From Candidatus Aenigmatarchaeota archaeon (GTDB taxonomy: Archaea > Aenigmatarchaeota > Aenigmatarchaeia > GW2011-AR5), in assembly GCA_043799385.1 (NCBI GenBank), contig JAZDNV010000009.1, positions 1 through 47,427 on the forward strand: a stretch of 47,427 nt of DNA. Direction: 5' to 3'. Position 1 is the stretch's first letter. Each line of letters starts with the position of its first letter. Shown here piece by piece: positions 47,362-47,427 of this stretch. The translations under genes and the position numbers were made by a program. The notes below the pieces were generated by a model, which was not told the origin of the DNA, made no database searches, and was given only the letters and a program-made list of their open reading frames with translations.

Positions 47362-47427
47362 AAGAGTTCTCGCATTGCTGAAGAAAATACCGAAAGGCAA
47401 AGTCACTACATATAAATTAATCGCCAA
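47348..47427 (+). CDS. MGMT/alkyltransferase-like protein (partial, runs off the window)
   Basis: MNFDERVLALLKKIPKGKVTTYKLIA matches the IP.G.V.TY pattern. Confidence 0.75.
   Translation, partial: MNFDERVLALLKKIPKGKVTTYKLIA

Overview
Archaeal chromosomal segment with a compact layout, TATA/BRE promoters and many apparently leaderless genes. The gene content suggests a DPANN lineage such as Aenigmatarchaeota (inference). It carries: a de novo purine cluster (purN-like, purM, purS2-purL fusion, purQ, converging with purE, purC, purB, pfkB); srp54; the RNA polymerase operon (rpoH, orphan, rpoB, rpoA1, rpoA2, CxxC-x17-CxxC, L30e, nusA); a 5S rRNA-tRNA-Asp-tRNA-Lys unit whose tRNAs hold two and three BHB introns; a 2543-aa Cys/Trp-repeat surface protein head-to-head with tRNA-Cys (135-nt intron); a membrane nuclease/Lon-like protease cluster; gltX; divergent aspartokinase and glutamate-5-kinase homologues; form III RuBisCO; sua5; aIF2-gamma, S6e, PCNA, a small OB-fold protein; and pyrG. 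Four microproteins missed by the ORF track were read directly. The most unusual signal is non-coding: small palindromic element families that nest inside one another, sit in tRNA introns and next to stable-RNA genes, and appear once as an in-frame insertion in pyrG. A second dispersed family forms three-way junctions with covarying terminal stems. No transposase, integrase, reverse transcriptase or CRISPR array is present.
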